Both the position numbers and the translations under genes were made by a program. From positions 27,942 through 91,941 of the forward strand of contig CALMAY010000038.1 in NCBI GenBank assembly GCA_937861125.1: DNA of 64,000 nt, read 5' to 3'. The DNA comes from an uncultured bacterium. GTDB lineage: Bacteria; Patescibacteriota; Patescibacteriia; Magasanikbacterales; UBA922. This document shows positions 17,327 through 26,906 of the stretch, piece after piece (positions within the stretch are counted from its first letter, which is position 1; every line of letters starts with the position of its first letter). The notes below the pieces were generated by a model. It did no database searches. It was not told where the DNA came from and was given only the letters and a program-made list of their open reading frames with translations.

Positions 17327-17926
17327 TTAGGTATTTGTAATAAGTGTTGTTGGTATTTGTCCGCTTTGCTCCAAAAGAAAGTTGTGACGTGCTGCAAAAG
17401 CAGCTCGCGCCTCAGGGAGCACAATTTTTTTATCCCAATCTTTCATTGCCTTTTTAACATTACCCTGCATGAGCTCGGTGAAATGTGTGCCTGGATTTTC
17501 GTACCACCAGAGTGAAAAGAATGGTCCGATTAAATGTGCACAGCCATCTGCGGAGGAGATAATTTTTATTTCAATGGGTGTCGCATCGCTCCAGAGATCT
17601 ATTTTTTTATCCATGATATCGACATACTCTATTGCGCGCTGTGCAAATGATTCATCAAAGCCATATTCTAGTAGTTTTTCTTTTCCCTTTGTGAGTGTTG
17701 TTTCGTATTGATTGGCAAAATCAAGAATCTTGCCATAATCATGAAGCCAGACGAGCGTATGCACGAGGTCGCGATCTGCTGTTGGATATTTATCACAGAG
17801 CTCAAGAGCTATCTTTTCAACAATGTTGAGGTGGTAGGTGATAAACCATTCGTGGTGAATGAAGTCTGGATTTTGTGAGGCTTCAATGACGTGGGCTTTG
17901 AATTGCTCAATATGTTGTGATGCCAT
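17327..17926 (-). CDS. HD-domain phosphohydrolase.
   Basis: H...HDYGK ([11 protein letters not shown]) HD motif. Confidence 0.65.
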   Translation of the reverse strand: MASQHIEQFKAHVIEASQNPDFIHHEWFITYHLNIVEKIALELCDKYPTADRDLVHTLVWLHDYGKILDFANQYETTLTKGKEKLLEYGFDESFAQRAIEYVDIMDKKIDLWSDATPIEIKIISSADGCAHLIGPFFSLWWYENPGTHFTELMQGNVKKAMKDWDKKIVLPEARAAFAARHNFLLEQSGQIPTTLITNT

Positions 17927-17935
17927 AGAGTATTG

Positions 17936-18748
17936 TTATAAAAATAAAAGCAAACTTCCGGCCATCAACATCATTCCAGAAATGAGCCCATAAAGAACAA
18001 TGTGGTGTTCACCAAATTCTTCGGCTGCAGGGATAAGTTCGTCGAGTGAAATATATACCATAATTCCTGCAACACCGGCAAAAATAATACCAAACAGACT
18101 TTCACTAAAAATGTTGCGGAGCAAAAAGAATCCAATAGCCGCGCCAACTGGTTCAGAGAGTCCAGACAAAAAAGACCAAGTAAATGCTTGTACTCGGCTT
18201 TTGGTCGCATAGTATATTGGGATAGCGACAGCAATTCCTTCTGGAATATTGTGAATCGCAATAGCGACGGCAATACTGATACCAAGAAATGGATCGGCAA
18301 TAGCTGCCATAAATGTTGCAAGACCTTCTGGAAAATTGTGAATACCAATAGCAATCGCAGAAAACATGCCCATTCGGTAGAGGTGGTGTGTTTTTGGTTT
18401 TGTGGGATGAGTACCAAGTTCGGTAATCGTATTGAGCTCATCAGGGGTATCTGAGATAGGAACGAGTTTATCAATCAATGCTGCAAGTGCAATCCCACCA
18501 AAAAAAGCAAGAGTTGTGTACAGGTATCCAAGTGCATCGCCATGTACTTCGACGAGAGATATACGTGCTTTTTGAAATATTTCAATAAATGAAACATACA
18601 ACATGACCCCAGCAGAGAAACCAAGTGAAAGGGCGAGAAAGCGATGGCTAAATTGTTTTGAGTATATCGCAATAAGACTTCCGATACCCGTAGAGAGACC
18701 AGCAAGTGCTGTAAGTCCAAAGGCAGTAAGAACGGCATGTGTATCCAT
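17936..18748 (-). CDS. zupT: ZIP-family zinc transporter.
   Basis: HNFPEG and HNIPEG signature helices; eight TM segments. Confidence 0.85.
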   Translation of the reverse strand: MDTHAVLTAFGLTALAGLSTGIGSLIAIYSKQFSHRFLALSLGFSAGVMLYVSFIEIFQKARISLVEVHGDALGYLYTTLAFFGGIALAALIDKLVPISDTPDELNTITELGTHPTKPKTHHLYRMGMFSAIAIGIHNFPEGLATFMAAIADPFLGISIAVAIAIHNIPEGIAVAIPIYYATKSRVQAFTWSFLSGLSEPVGAAIGFFLLRNIFSESLFGIIFAGVAGIMVYISLDELIPAAEEFGEHHIVLYGLISGMMLMAGSLLLFL

Positions 18749-18795
18749 AGTATGTCTATACTACCTGTATGCGAGGAGAAAATCAAGCCTCTATC

Positions 18796-18824
18796 TTGAC
18801 TTTTTTCGCTACATTGAGTACTAT
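18796..18824 (+). promoter_or_regulatory. Sigma-70-type promoter for the glyS leader (TTGACT-N17-TACTAT).
   Basis: TTGACT at 18796-18801, 17-nt spacer, TACTAT at 18819-18824. Confidence 0.5.
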
Positions 18825-18831
18825 GAATGTA

Positions 18832-18995
18832 TTCATGATGACGCAGGGTGGCACCTGCCGAGTGAATAGATGTTTCAAGAGTGTCTCGATCTGTATCGAG
18901 AAACTCGGGTGGAACCTCCCTTCGACGCACTTTGTTTGCTCAGGGACCCGAGACAGTTTGTAGCTGTCTTTTTTTATTTGTTTTCTTACGTTATA
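18832..18995 (+). promoter_or_regulatory. Structured 5' leader of glyS; candidate glycine T-box-like riboswitch (see findings).
   Basis: Hairpin GCAGG-GUGGCA-CCUGC with GGC in the loop; AAACUCGGGUGGAACCUCCC resembling the T-box AGGGUGGNACCGCG; hairpin GACAG-UUUGUAG-CUGUC followed by UUUUUUU. Confidence 0.35.
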
Positions 18996-18999
18996 CTTA

Positions 19000-20403
19000 G
19001 TGTATATGACAAACACAACACTCGACACAATTGTGTCACTGGCGAAGCGTCGTGGGTTTATCTTTCCGGGGAGTGAGATCTATGGTGGTCTGGCCAACTC
19101 TTGGGATTACGGTCCACTTGGAGTTGAACTCAAAAACAATATCAAAAAACTTTGGTGGCAGACCTTTGTGCGTGAGCGCATGGATATGGTCGGACTTGAT
19201 GCTGCGATCCTCATGAATCCTCGTGTGTGGGAAGCGTCTGGACATGTGGGGTCATTTACTGATCCGTTGGTTGATTGTAAAGAATGCAAACAGCGTTTTC
19301 GTGGTGATAAATTACTCGAAGAAAAATTGTTTGTTGAAGAGGTGGCTGGAATCAAACTCGAGGATGTAAGTCCACGTCTGATGAGCGAATCCGTACCGTG
19401 TCCAGCGTGTGGCAAAGTAAACTGGACCGAAGCAAAACGATTCAACCTCATGTTCAAAACAAAGCAAGGTGTTATTGACGGTGAGGGTGCTGATATCTAT
19501 CTGCGTCCTGAGACTGCACAGGGTATTTTTGTGAATTTCAAAAATGTCTCTCAAACACAGCGTCTGAAATTGCCATTTGGAATCGCACAGATCGGAAAAG
19601 CATTTCGCAATGAAATTACTCCAGGAAACTTTACGTTCCGTACTCGCGAATTTGAACAAATGGAAATTGAGTATTTCTTTGATCCAGAAAACACTGATTG
19701 GAAAGTGGTATATGAAAATTGGAAAAATGATACCTGGCAATTTTTGACCAAGACACTTGGGATTCGTGAAGAAAATCTTCGCTTCCGTGATCACGATCCA
19801 GATGAGTTGTCGCATTATTCTAAAGGTACAGTAGATGTGGAGTACAAATTCCCATGGGGTTGGGGAGAGCTCTGTGCTGCGGCAGCGTATCGCACTGATT
19901 TTGATCTCAAACAGCACATGGAATTTAGTGGTGAGGATTTGCGCTATACTGATCCACAGGATCCTCAGCGTAAATTTATTCCACATGTCATGGAGCCATC
20001 ATTTGGGTGTGATCGTGTGGCGCTTGCAGTACTCCTTGATTCATATCAGGAGGAAGCGGCTCAGGATGAAGATGGAGAAGTGCGTGTGATGCTTGGTCTC
20101 GCGAAACGTGTTGCGCCATATCAAATTGCAGTATTACCTCTTTCAAAAAAAGATGAACTCTCAGGAGTATCTCGTGAGATTGTGCAGACACTGGCAAAGC
20201 AGTTTGCAGTCACATACGATGAAACACAGTCAATCGGAAAACGCTATCGCCGTCAGGATGAGATTGGTACACCGTTTTGTGTGACGATAGATTTTGACAC
20301 ACTCAATGACAATGCTGTAACAGTGCGTGAACGTGATAGTATGAAACAGGAACGTATTGCGATTGCAGAGTTGGTTTCTTATTTACAAAAACAGATCGTA
20401 TAG
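19000..20403 (+). CDS. glyS: Glycine--tRNA ligase (homodimeric alpha2 type).
   Basis: Class II aaRS motifs and the typical alpha2 GlyRS N-terminus ([14 protein letters not shown]); an alternative start at 19006 is possible. Confidence 0.9.
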   Translation: MYMTNTTLDTIVSLAKRRGFIFPGSEIYGGLANSWDYGPLGVELKNNIKKLWWQTFVRERMDMVGLDAAILMNPRVWEASGHVGSFTDPLVDCKECKQRFRGDKLLEEKLFVEEVAGIKLEDVSPRLMSESVPCPACGKVNWTEAKRFNLMFKTKQGVIDGEGADIYLRPETAQGIFVNFKNVSQTQRLKLPFGIAQIGKAFRNEITPGNFTFRTREFEQMEIEYFFDPENTDWKVVYENWKNDTWQFLTKTLGIREENLRFRDHDPDELSHYSKGTVDVEYKFPWGWGELCAAAAYRTDFDLKQHMEFSGEDLRYTDPQDPQRKFIPHVMEPSFGCDRVALAVLLDSYQEEAAQDEDGEVRVMLGLAKRVAPYQIAVLPLSKKDELSGVSREIVQTLAKQFAVTYDETQSIGKRYRRQDEIGTPFCVTIDFDTLNDNAVTVRERDSMKQERIAIAELVSYLQKQIV

Positions 20404-20455
20404 TTTGCCGTGTAAGCCTCCTAAGCATTTTAAGCCTCTTTAGCTTTCAATACAT

Positions 20456-21715
20456 ATGTTCACTCAGTACACTCTCCCAAACAAAACTCGCGTCATCCTC
20501 ATCCCACAAGAGGGGACAATGTCTTTGACAACACAAGTCATGTTTCCAGTCGGTTCACGTTTTGAAACGGAAAAAATGTCTGGTGTTTCTCACTATATTG
20601 AACACCTCATGTTCAAAGGAACTGAGAAACGAAAAAATACGTTGACACTTACTCGCGAGATTGATCGTCTGGGTGCTGAGTACAATGCATTTACTGGCAA
20701 AGAATATACAGGATATTACATCAAAGCAGATACGTCACATGCACGTACTGCGATTGATATTCTTTCAGACATGTTGTTTCACTCCAAATTTGATCCAAAA
20801 GAAATGGAACGTGAAAAAACAGTGATATGCGAAGAGATCAAGATGTATCGTGACAATCCACTGATGAGTATCGACAATGTGTTTGAGGAAGTCATGTTTG
20901 CTGGCTGTCCAATGGGGCGAGATATTGCAGGGACAGAAAAACATGTGATGAGTTTTGATCGAAATGATGTGCTGGCATATAAAGAAAAATATTACCAGCC
21001 AGATAATATGGTGATTGTCTTGGCAGGAAATATTGATGAAAAAGTTCGTGGTTGGGTAGAACAGTATTTTGGTAATGTGACGTCAACAGGAAAAACGTCT
21101 CATGCTAAAAAAGAAGCAGTGTTTGGAGCAACAGCAAAATCAGACCGAATCAAAGTAGTACAAAAACAGGTAGATCAAACACAGCTCATGCTTGGCTTCC
21201 CAGCATTTAATTACAACGATGATCGTAATCCTGCAGCAGCAGTTTTGCATACTATTTTGGGTGGGTCGATGTGCTCTCGTCTCTTTATCCAAGTTCGTGA
21301 ACGTCGTGGCTTGGCCTATATGGTACGTTCTCGTCGTGAAACCTATAGTGATATTGGCTACAGTTATGTGCGTGCAGGACTTGATCCAAAGAATCTCAAC
21401 AAAGCAATTGCAGTCATCCAAGACGAAATCCAAAAAATCATTGATAAAGGTGTGACACCACAAGAGCTCCGTGATGCCAAGTCACATTCTCGTGGTGCAC
21501 TTGCACTTGCACTTGAGGATTCTAGTTTCCGTGCTAATTGGTTTGCACAGGAAAGTCTCTTTGCAAACAAGATTGAGACGCCACAAGAGGTATCCGCAAA
21601 AATGGATGAAGTCAGTAATGAAGATATCAAAAAAGTAGCCAAGACAATTTTTAAGATGAATCAAATGCGAGTCGCAGTAATTGGGCCAACAGACGAGAAA
21701 GATATTGTATTTTAG
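20456..21715 (+). CDS. M16-family zinc peptidase (insulinase-like).
   Basis: HYIEHLMFKGT inverted HxxEH zinc motif. Confidence 0.8.
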   Translation: MFTQYTLPNKTRVILIPQEGTMSLTTQVMFPVGSRFETEKMSGVSHYIEHLMFKGTEKRKNTLTLTREIDRLGAEYNAFTGKEYTGYYIKADTSHARTAIDILSDMLFHSKFDPKEMEREKTVICEEIKMYRDNPLMSIDNVFEEVMFAGCPMGRDIAGTEKHVMSFDRNDVLAYKEKYYQPDNMVIVLAGNIDEKVRGWVEQYFGNVTSTGKTSHAKKEAVFGATAKSDRIKVVQKQVDQTQLMLGFPAFNYNDDRNPAAAVLHTILGGSMCSRLFIQVRERRGLAYMVRSRRETYSDIGYSYVRAGLDPKNLNKAIAVIQDEIQKIIDKGVTPQELRDAKSHSRGALALALEDSSFRANWFAQESLFANKIETPQEVSAKMDEVSNEDIKKVAKTIFKMNQMRVAVIGPTDEKDIVF

Positions 21716-21731
21716 ACTATACATTATTTGT

Positions 21732-22487
21732 ATGAAATATATCTTTGGAAACTGGAAGCTCTATCTCACCGATGAACAATCAGGTGTATTAGCACAGTCA
21801 TTATCAGCACTAACATTCGATACAGAACAATTGCGTGTTGCTGTTTTTCCATCTACTCTTTCTTTTTCTCGTGTCGCTGGTATGTTGAGTGAGGGTGAGA
21901 TTGCTGTGGGTGTGCAAAACGTCGGCTACACACCATTGGGTGCATACACTGGTGAAGTATCTGCACATGTGTTTGCACAGGCGGGTGCCACCTATGCTTT
22001 GGTTGGACACTCAGAACGTCGTCATATCTTTGGTGAAGATACTGAGGCGACAGTCAAAAAGATGCAGGCATGTCTGGATGAGGGAATTACACCTGTACTA
22101 TGTATCGGTGAGACCAAAGAGGATGTAGAAGAAAACAAGATCGAGTATCGTCTGCGCCGTCAGCTGATTCCAGTGTTGGAAGGTGTGAATGGGATCAAAG
22201 AAAAGAACTGGTTGATAGCATACGAGCCAGTCTGGGCGATCTCAACTGGTGGAAATGGAACACCTTGCCCAGCAGTAGACGCATTGGAGCGTCATAATGC
22301 AATTCGTGCAATCTGCACTGAGTTTGGAGTTGACAACGTACCGGTACTCTATGGTGGGAGTGTCAGTGTGGATAATGTAGAGGAGTATGTGACTACACCT
22401 GGTATCGATGGGGTACTTGTTGGTCATGCGAGTGTTGATAGTGCTACATTTACTTCGTTGGTTGAAAAAGTTGGGCAGTTGGTGTAA
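21732..22487 (+). CDS. tpiA: Triosephosphate isomerase.
   Basis: GNWK, GHSERR, AYEPVWAISTG and YGGSV motifs; the track ORF starts at 21681 but the conserved N-terminus MKYIFGNWK begins at 21732. Confidence 0.9.
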   Translation: MKYIFGNWKLYLTDEQSGVLAQSLSALTFDTEQLRVAVFPSTLSFSRVAGMLSEGEIAVGVQNVGYTPLGAYTGEVSAHVFAQAGATYALVGHSERRHIFGEDTEATVKKMQACLDEGITPVLCIGETKEDVEENKIEYRLRRQLIPVLEGVNGIKEKNWLIAYEPVWAISTGGNGTPCPAVDALERHNAIRAICTEFGVDNVPVLYGGSVSVDNVEEYVTTPGIDGVLVGHASVDSATFTSLVEKVGQLV

Positions 22488-22499
22488 GATATAAGTCTT

Positions 22500-23390
22500 A
22501 TGAGTTTTATTGGACCTGTCATTTTATTTCTTGTTTCGGCCAGTTTGGTTGGTTTTGTCTTGTCCAAAAAATGGCGTCAGGTGTCATTGCTTAATGTTGA
22601 TTCGATTCCAGAAGTCAAAGAACAGCGCAAGAAAGAGGAAATCTTGGCCAAGCGTATTGAATTACAGGCGCAGTCTCTTCAGGAGAGAATCAAAAAACAA
22701 TTGATACCAGTTGTTGAATCATATCAACAATTTCGTGTGGCAATGCGTAGTTATATCTCTCGCATTGAGAAAGATATGGTTCGTTCAAAGCGAAAAGCTG
22801 CTAAAGCTGCAGCTGCTGCAGTAGATCCTACTGAACTTGCACAGGTTCTTGAGGGTGCACATCGCTTTGCTTCTGCAAAAGAGTGGCAAAAAGCAGAAGA
22901 GGCATATATTGCAATCTTGCGTACATCACCAAAAAATATAGAAGCCTATCGTGGTTTGGCCAAGGTGTACTATGAGCAGGATCAGCTCAAAGAGGCCAAA
23001 GAGACATATCAGTTCGTGCTGCATCTGGAACCGCAAGATGATGGCACTTATGTTATGTTGGGAGACATTGCTATGGAAGAGAAAAAATACGAAGAGGCAG
23101 TAGAAGCATATCAGCAGGCTGTTTTGATCAATCCACAACTTTCTCCTCGTTTTTTCAAGCTTTCTGAAGCGTTTCTTGCGTTAGCTCAGCCACAGACAGC
23201 TCTTGAGGCGATAAAGCAGGCTGTGTCGCTTGAGCCACAAAATCCAAAGTATCTTGACAGTTTGGTAGAAACTGCTATACTATGCCGCGAAGCCGATGTT
23301 GCTACTGAGGCACTGCAACAGCTTCGAATGGTCAACCCAGAAAATCAAAAGTTAGTTCTTTTTAAAGAAAAAATTTCAGCATTAGTATAG
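22500..23390 (+). CDS. TPR-repeat protein with an N-terminal TM anchor.
   Basis: Several 34-aa TPR-like repeats (AYRGLAKVYYEQDQLKEA, AVEAYQQAVLINPQ...). Confidence 0.6.
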   Translation: MSFIGPVILFLVSASLVGFVLSKKWRQVSLLNVDSIPEVKEQRKKEEILAKRIELQAQSLQERIKKQLIPVVESYQQFRVAMRSYISRIEKDMVRSKRKAAKAAAAAVDPTELAQVLEGAHRFASAKEWQKAEEAYIAILRTSPKNIEAYRGLAKVYYEQDQLKEAKETYQFVLHLEPQDDGTYVMLGDIAMEEKKYEEAVEAYQQAVLINPQLSPRFFKLSEAFLALAQPQTALEAIKQAVSLEPQNPKYLDSLVETAILCREADVATEALQQLRMVNPENQKLVLFKEKISALV

Positions 23391-23397
23391 TTTTAAT

Positions 23398-23473
23398 GCC
23401 ATCTTAGCTCAGCTGGTAGAGCAACGGTTTTGTAAACCGTGGGTCGCGAGTTCGATTCTCGCAGATGGCTCCA
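23398..23473 (+). tRNA. tRNA-Thr(UGU), CCA encoded.
   Basis: GCCATCT acceptor, D-arm GCTCAGCTGGTAGAGC, anticodon stem ACGGT/ACCGT with loop TTTGTAA, T-arm TCGCGAGTTCGATTCTCGC, CCA. Confidence 0.85.
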
Positions 23474-23482
23474 AAGTAAATA

Positions 23483-23565
23483 GGGTCGGTTCTAGAGCGG
23501 TCAAATAGGGCAGACTGTAAATCTGCTGGCGTACGCCTTCGCAGGTTCGAATCCTGCCCGGCCCA
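23483..23565 (+). tRNA. tRNA-Tyr(GUA), type II (long variable arm), no encoded CCA.
   Basis: Acceptor GGGTCGG/CCGGCCC, anticodon stem GCAGA/TCTGC with loop CTGTAAA, long variable arm TGGCGTACGCCTTCGC, T-arm GCAGGTTCGAATCCTGC. Confidence 0.75.
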
Positions 23566-23673
23566 CAAATAAACAACCTTTCATAAGGTTGTTTTGTTTT
23601 TTTATCTTGTATCTTTTTTTGTTTTGTTCTACACTATAGGGGTGAGGGGATATTATTCATAATATGTGTCTAT

Positions 23674-24015
23674 ATGTGCAAAACAATGTGTAAAGGGAAA
23701 TCATGTATGCTCGCCTGCGCAGCTCAATGGCTGGTGCTTGTAGGAGCGATCAACTGGGGACTTATAGGAGTTGGTTATTTTGTAGGAGGTAGTGATTGGA
23801 ATGTGGTACGTATGATTTTTGGAAGTATTGAGTGGCTTGAGGCATTGGTATATATTGTTGTTGGTGCAAGTGCTGTGGTGGCTATCGTTGGCTGTAAATG
23901 TGGCATGTGCAAAGGCGGCGCATGTGCAGGTAGTGCGTGCTGTAAATCAGCAGAAGGTGAAAAAGAAGAAGAAGGCTGTTGTGGTGGCTCATGTGGCTGT
24001 GAAGAAAAAAAATAA
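23674..24015 (+). CDS. DUF378-family small membrane protein with Cys-rich N- and C-terminal extensions.
   Basis: VGAINWGLIGVGYF is the DUF378 signature; the C-terminal CKCGMCKGGACAGSACCKS...GCCGGSCGCEEKK has 12 Cys in 40 aa; the N-terminal MCKTMCKGKSCMLAC. Confidence 0.6.
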   Translation: MCKTMCKGKSCMLACAAQWLVLVGAINWGLIGVGYFVGGSDWNVVRMIFGSIEWLEALVYIVVGASAVVAIVGCKCGMCKGGACAGSACCKSAEGEKEEEGCCGGSCGCEEKK

Positions 24016-24030
24016 GAGATATTTTAAAGT

Positions 24031-24062
24031 AAAAAACTCGCACAGCTAGTGCGAGTTTTTTA
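24031..24062. terminator. Bidirectional intrinsic terminator between the DUF378 gene and bcp.
   Basis: AAAAA-ACTCGCAC-AGCTAG-TGCGAGT-TTTTT. Confidence 0.7.
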
Positions 24063-24512
24063 TTATGAGAGTGCTTGGATATCTTTGAGTACTTCTGTCG
24101 GGTGCTCTTCTGCTTTGACTTTGGTGTAATGTTTAAGAATATTACCTGATTCATCAATGAGAAATGATTCTCGATTGATACCATGAAAAAGTCTTCCGTA
24201 TAAACTTTTTTCTTTCCATACACCGTATGCAGCGACGATAGTTCGGTCTGTATCAGCGAGGAGGGGGAAGTTGAGATGGAATTTCTCTGCAAATTTTTTG
24301 TGTGACGCAACATCATCACAGCTAACACCGATAACCTGCACCCCTTTACCCTGTAGATCATTGAGACTGTCTCTGAATCCGCAGGCTTCTTTGGTGCATC
24401 CAGGTGTGTCGTCCTTTGGGTAGAAGTAGAGCAATACTTTCTTTCCATTGTAGTCACTGAGTGAATGGAGGGTCCCATCTTGGTCTGGGAGGGTAAAATC
24501 AGGGGCTTTCAT
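24063..24512 (-). CDS. bcp: Peroxiredoxin Bcp (AhpC/TSA family).
   Basis: FYPKDDTPGCTKEAC peroxidatic Cys motif; start taken at MKAPDFTLPDQDG. Confidence 0.85.
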   Translation of the reverse strand: MKAPDFTLPDQDGTLHSLSDYNGKKVLLYFYPKDDTPGCTKEACGFRDSLNDLQGKGVQVIGVSCDDVASHKKFAEKFHLNFPLLADTDRTIVAAYGVWKEKSLYGRLFHGINRESFLIDESGNILKHYTKVKAEEHPTEVLKDIQALS

Positions 24513-24557
24513 AAAGAGGAATGATTGTGTATGATATGGATTGATTGTAACAAACAT

Positions 24558-25418
24558 ATGCCAGAATTACCAGAGGTAGAAACCGTTCGTCGTGATTTAC
24601 AAAAACATATTGTACACAAGACAGTTGACCGTCTAACTTTGGGTAACACAAAAGTGATTCGTCCTACCCATGCGCGATTAAAAAAAGTACTGGTGGGAAA
24701 TAGTATTGCTGACGTACAAAGAGTGGGAAAATTATTGATAGTACAGCTCCGGAGCGGAGATGAGTCTATACTCATACATCTCAAGATGACGGGGCAGTTG
24801 ATCTATCGTGACCAAAAGATGGTGATTGCTGGTGGACATTCGCTATCAGAATCTATCCAATCACTTCCAAATAAACATACTCGTGCGGTGATTCATTTTA
24901 CTGATGGCTCTGAGTTGTTTTTCAATGACATGCGATTGTTTGCCTATCTCGCACTTGCAGATGAGAAAGAATTGATTCGAGTAAAACAGATGTATGGTAT
25001 TGAGCCAGGTACAGTTGCATTTACCAAAGAAGCATTTCAACATATTTTTGTACGACGAACTGCTCCGGTAAAAGCAGTGTTACTCAATCAAACATTGATT
25101 GCAGGGGTGGGAAATATTTATGCAGACGAGGCTTGTTTCCTTGCACATATTCTTCCAATGCGTCGATCCAATACATTGACCAAAAAAGAGATTGATCAGT
25201 TATGGAAGGCGACAGATAAGGTGATTCGGTTGGGGATAGAAAAACGTGGTACCACATTCAACCATTTTGTCGATGGTGATGGAAACAAGGGTGGATTTCT
25301 CCCATTTTTGCGTGTCTATGGCCGAGCAGGAAAACCGTGTAAAAAATGCAAAACACCAATAGTAAAAACATACTCGGCTGGACGTGGGACACACTATTGC
25401 CCACAGTGTCAAAAGTGA
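24558..25418 (+). CDS. mutM: Formamidopyrimidine-DNA glycosylase.
   Basis: MPELPEVE N-terminus (catalytic Pro2-Glu3) and C-terminal zinc finger CKKCKTPI...CPQCQ. Confidence 0.9.
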   Translation: MPELPEVETVRRDLQKHIVHKTVDRLTLGNTKVIRPTHARLKKVLVGNSIADVQRVGKLLIVQLRSGDESILIHLKMTGQLIYRDQKMVIAGGHSLSESIQSLPNKHTRAVIHFTDGSELFFNDMRLFAYLALADEKELIRVKQMYGIEPGTVAFTKEAFQHIFVRRTAPVKAVLLNQTLIAGVGNIYADEACFLAHILPMRRSNTLTKKEIDQLWKATDKVIRLGIEKRGTTFNHFVDGDGNKGGFLPFLRVYGRAGKPCKKCKTPIVKTYSAGRGTHYCPQCQK

Positions 25419-25429
25419 GAAAGAAGCGG

Positions 25430-25458
25430 TTGACAAAACGACGCATTTTTTGTATACT
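25430..25458 (+). promoter_or_regulatory. Sigma-70-type promoter for tRNA-Thr(GGU) (TTGACA-N17-TATACT).
   Basis: TTGACA at 25430-25435, 17-nt spacer, TATACT at 25453-25458; about 19 nt upstream of the tRNA. Confidence 0.55.
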
Positions 25459-25476
25459 CTCGTACACAAAATACAT

Positions 25477-25549
25477 GCCGTTGTAGCTCAGTTGGTAGAG
25501 CGTGTCCATGGTAAGGACAAGGTCTCGGGTTCGATCCCCGACAATGGCT
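25477..25549 (+). tRNA. tRNA-Thr(GGU), no encoded CCA.
   Basis: Acceptor GCCGTTG/CAATGGC, D-arm GCTCAGTTGGTAGAGC, anticodon stem TGTCC/GGACA with loop ATGGTAA, T-arm TCGGGTTCGATCCCCGA. Confidence 0.85.
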
Positions 25550-25624
25550 CAAGTAAGCCCCGCTCTTCGTATCCGAAAGTGGGGCTTTCACTTATGTCTT
25601 TGAGCGTGCTATACTCTTATCTGT

Positions 25625-26905
25625 ATGTCTTCTCAAAAAGTACAATCACAACCATCATTTTTTACCTCCCTCTCTGTAGGGTGGTTTTTGGCTACACGTG
25701 ATTTGGCTCGGGCGAGTCGTTGGACGACATTGCTTATCATCTCTGTGATGACACTGACTTTTCTCAATCTTGTGGTGGTGTCTGGAATTTTGGTTGGACT
25801 TATCCAGGGGTCGGTTGATGCAAATAAACGACAGTACACGAGTGATATTTTTATCACAGAACCATTGAGCAAGGTGTATATTGAAGATAGTCGGCTGTTG
25901 GCAAGTACTGCTCGGGCGACAGAGGGTGTGATTGGTGTGACTGAACGATATCTCAGTAGTGCCAAAATCGAGGCGAATTATAAACGACAAGTGCAGGCGG
26001 ATGAGACGCGAGATACAGCCAATGCTTCGGTAGCCGGTATTTCTCCTGTGGATGAAGATATCGTGACAGGGCTGTCGTCTGAAATTGCAGAAGGTGAATA
26101 TCTCGAACCAGGTGAGACTGGATCTATTTTGATGGGTGCAGATTTGTTGTATAAATATAATCAAATTACCTCACCTGATATTCAGGTGCTTGATGAAGTT
26201 ACTATTGGTGACACTGTTCGGGTTACTATTGGAGACACAGTCAATGAGTTTGTTGTGAAAGGTATTTTGGATAGCAAACTGAGTGAAATTGACTTGCGTA
26301 TTTTTATGAATGAGGGTGAGTTACGTCAACTGATTAATCGACGTGCGACCAATGCGGATGAGATTGCGATCATGGTGGAGCCTGGCACTGATCTCGTACC
26401 AATTTTGGACACACTGCGGTCACTCTCTGGTCCTGATGGAGCACTCGTTCGTACTGCAGAAGAGGCTCAACCAAAATTCCTTCAGGATATCACTGCAACG
26501 TTTGCTATTTTGGGAAATGCGATTGGGTCTATCGGGTTGGCAGTCGCTTCGATCACTATTTTCATTGTGATTTTTGTCAACGCGATTACACGCCGTCGAT
26601 TTATTGGTATTCTCAAGGGTATCGGTATTACCTCCACTGCGATTCAGTGGTCATATATGTTTCAATCGTTATTTTATGCAGGGGCGGGTATTGCGATTGG
26701 TATGTGTCTCGTGTTTGGAGTACTCAAACCATTTTTTGCCGAGCATCCAATTGATTTCCCGTTCAGTGATGGTATCTTGGTTGCAACAATGGGTGGGACA
26801 CTGCTTCGTGCAGGATTGCTTTTGATTGCGACAGTGATTGCAGGATTTTTACCAGCAAAAATTGTTGTGCGTCAAAACACGCTCGATGCTATTTTGGGGA
26901 GATAA
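25625..26905 (+). CDS. ABC transporter permease, FtsX/MacB-LolCE family.
   Basis: N-terminal TM helix, large periplasmic domain, C-terminal FtsX-like four-helix region; directly followed by the ATPase gene. Confidence 0.75.
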   Translation: MSSQKVQSQPSFFTSLSVGWFLATRDLARASRWTTLLIISVMTLTFLNLVVVSGILVGLIQGSVDANKRQYTSDIFITEPLSKVYIEDSRLLASTARATEGVIGVTERYLSSAKIEANYKRQVQADETRDTANASVAGISPVDEDIVTGLSSEIAEGEYLEPGETGSILMGADLLYKYNQITSPDIQVLDEVTIGDTVRVTIGDTVNEFVVKGILDSKLSEIDLRIFMNEGELRQLINRRATNADEIAIMVEPGTDLVPILDTLRSLSGPDGALVRTAEEAQPKFLQDITATFAILGNAIGSIGLAVASITIFIVIFVNAITRRRFIGILKGIGITSTAIQWSYMFQSLFYAGAGIAIGMCLVFGVLKPFFAEHPIDFPFSDGILVATMGGTLLRAGLLLIATVIAGFLPAKIVVRQNTLDAILGR

Positions 26906-26906
26906 T

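Noticed and set aside
17971-18474. 167-aa and other ORFs overlapping zupT on both strands.
   Set aside because: zupT is strongly supported by HNFPEG/HNIPEG motifs. The overlapping frames lack motifs and are frame shadows.
18846-18866. First GGGUGGCACC occurrence considered as an independent second T-box.
   Set aside because: It sits inside the 5' hairpin loop and is not followed by a terminator, so it is more likely part of stem I or fortuitous. Only the downstream copy has T-box-like context.
19312-19986. 224-aa minus-strand ORF inside glyS.
   Set aside because: It is antisense to a highly conserved aaRS gene and has no motif. Its composition simply follows the sense gene.
23819-24049. 76-aa Lys-rich ORF overlapping the Cys-rich tail of the DUF378 gene in another frame.
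   Set aside because: The poly-Lys arises from the GAA/AAA-rich alternate frame of the acidic tail. The DUF378 frame carries the conserved family motif.
25655-26164. 169-aa minus-strand ORF inside the ABC permease gene.
   Set aside because: It is antisense to a well-supported FtsX-like permease and has no motif.
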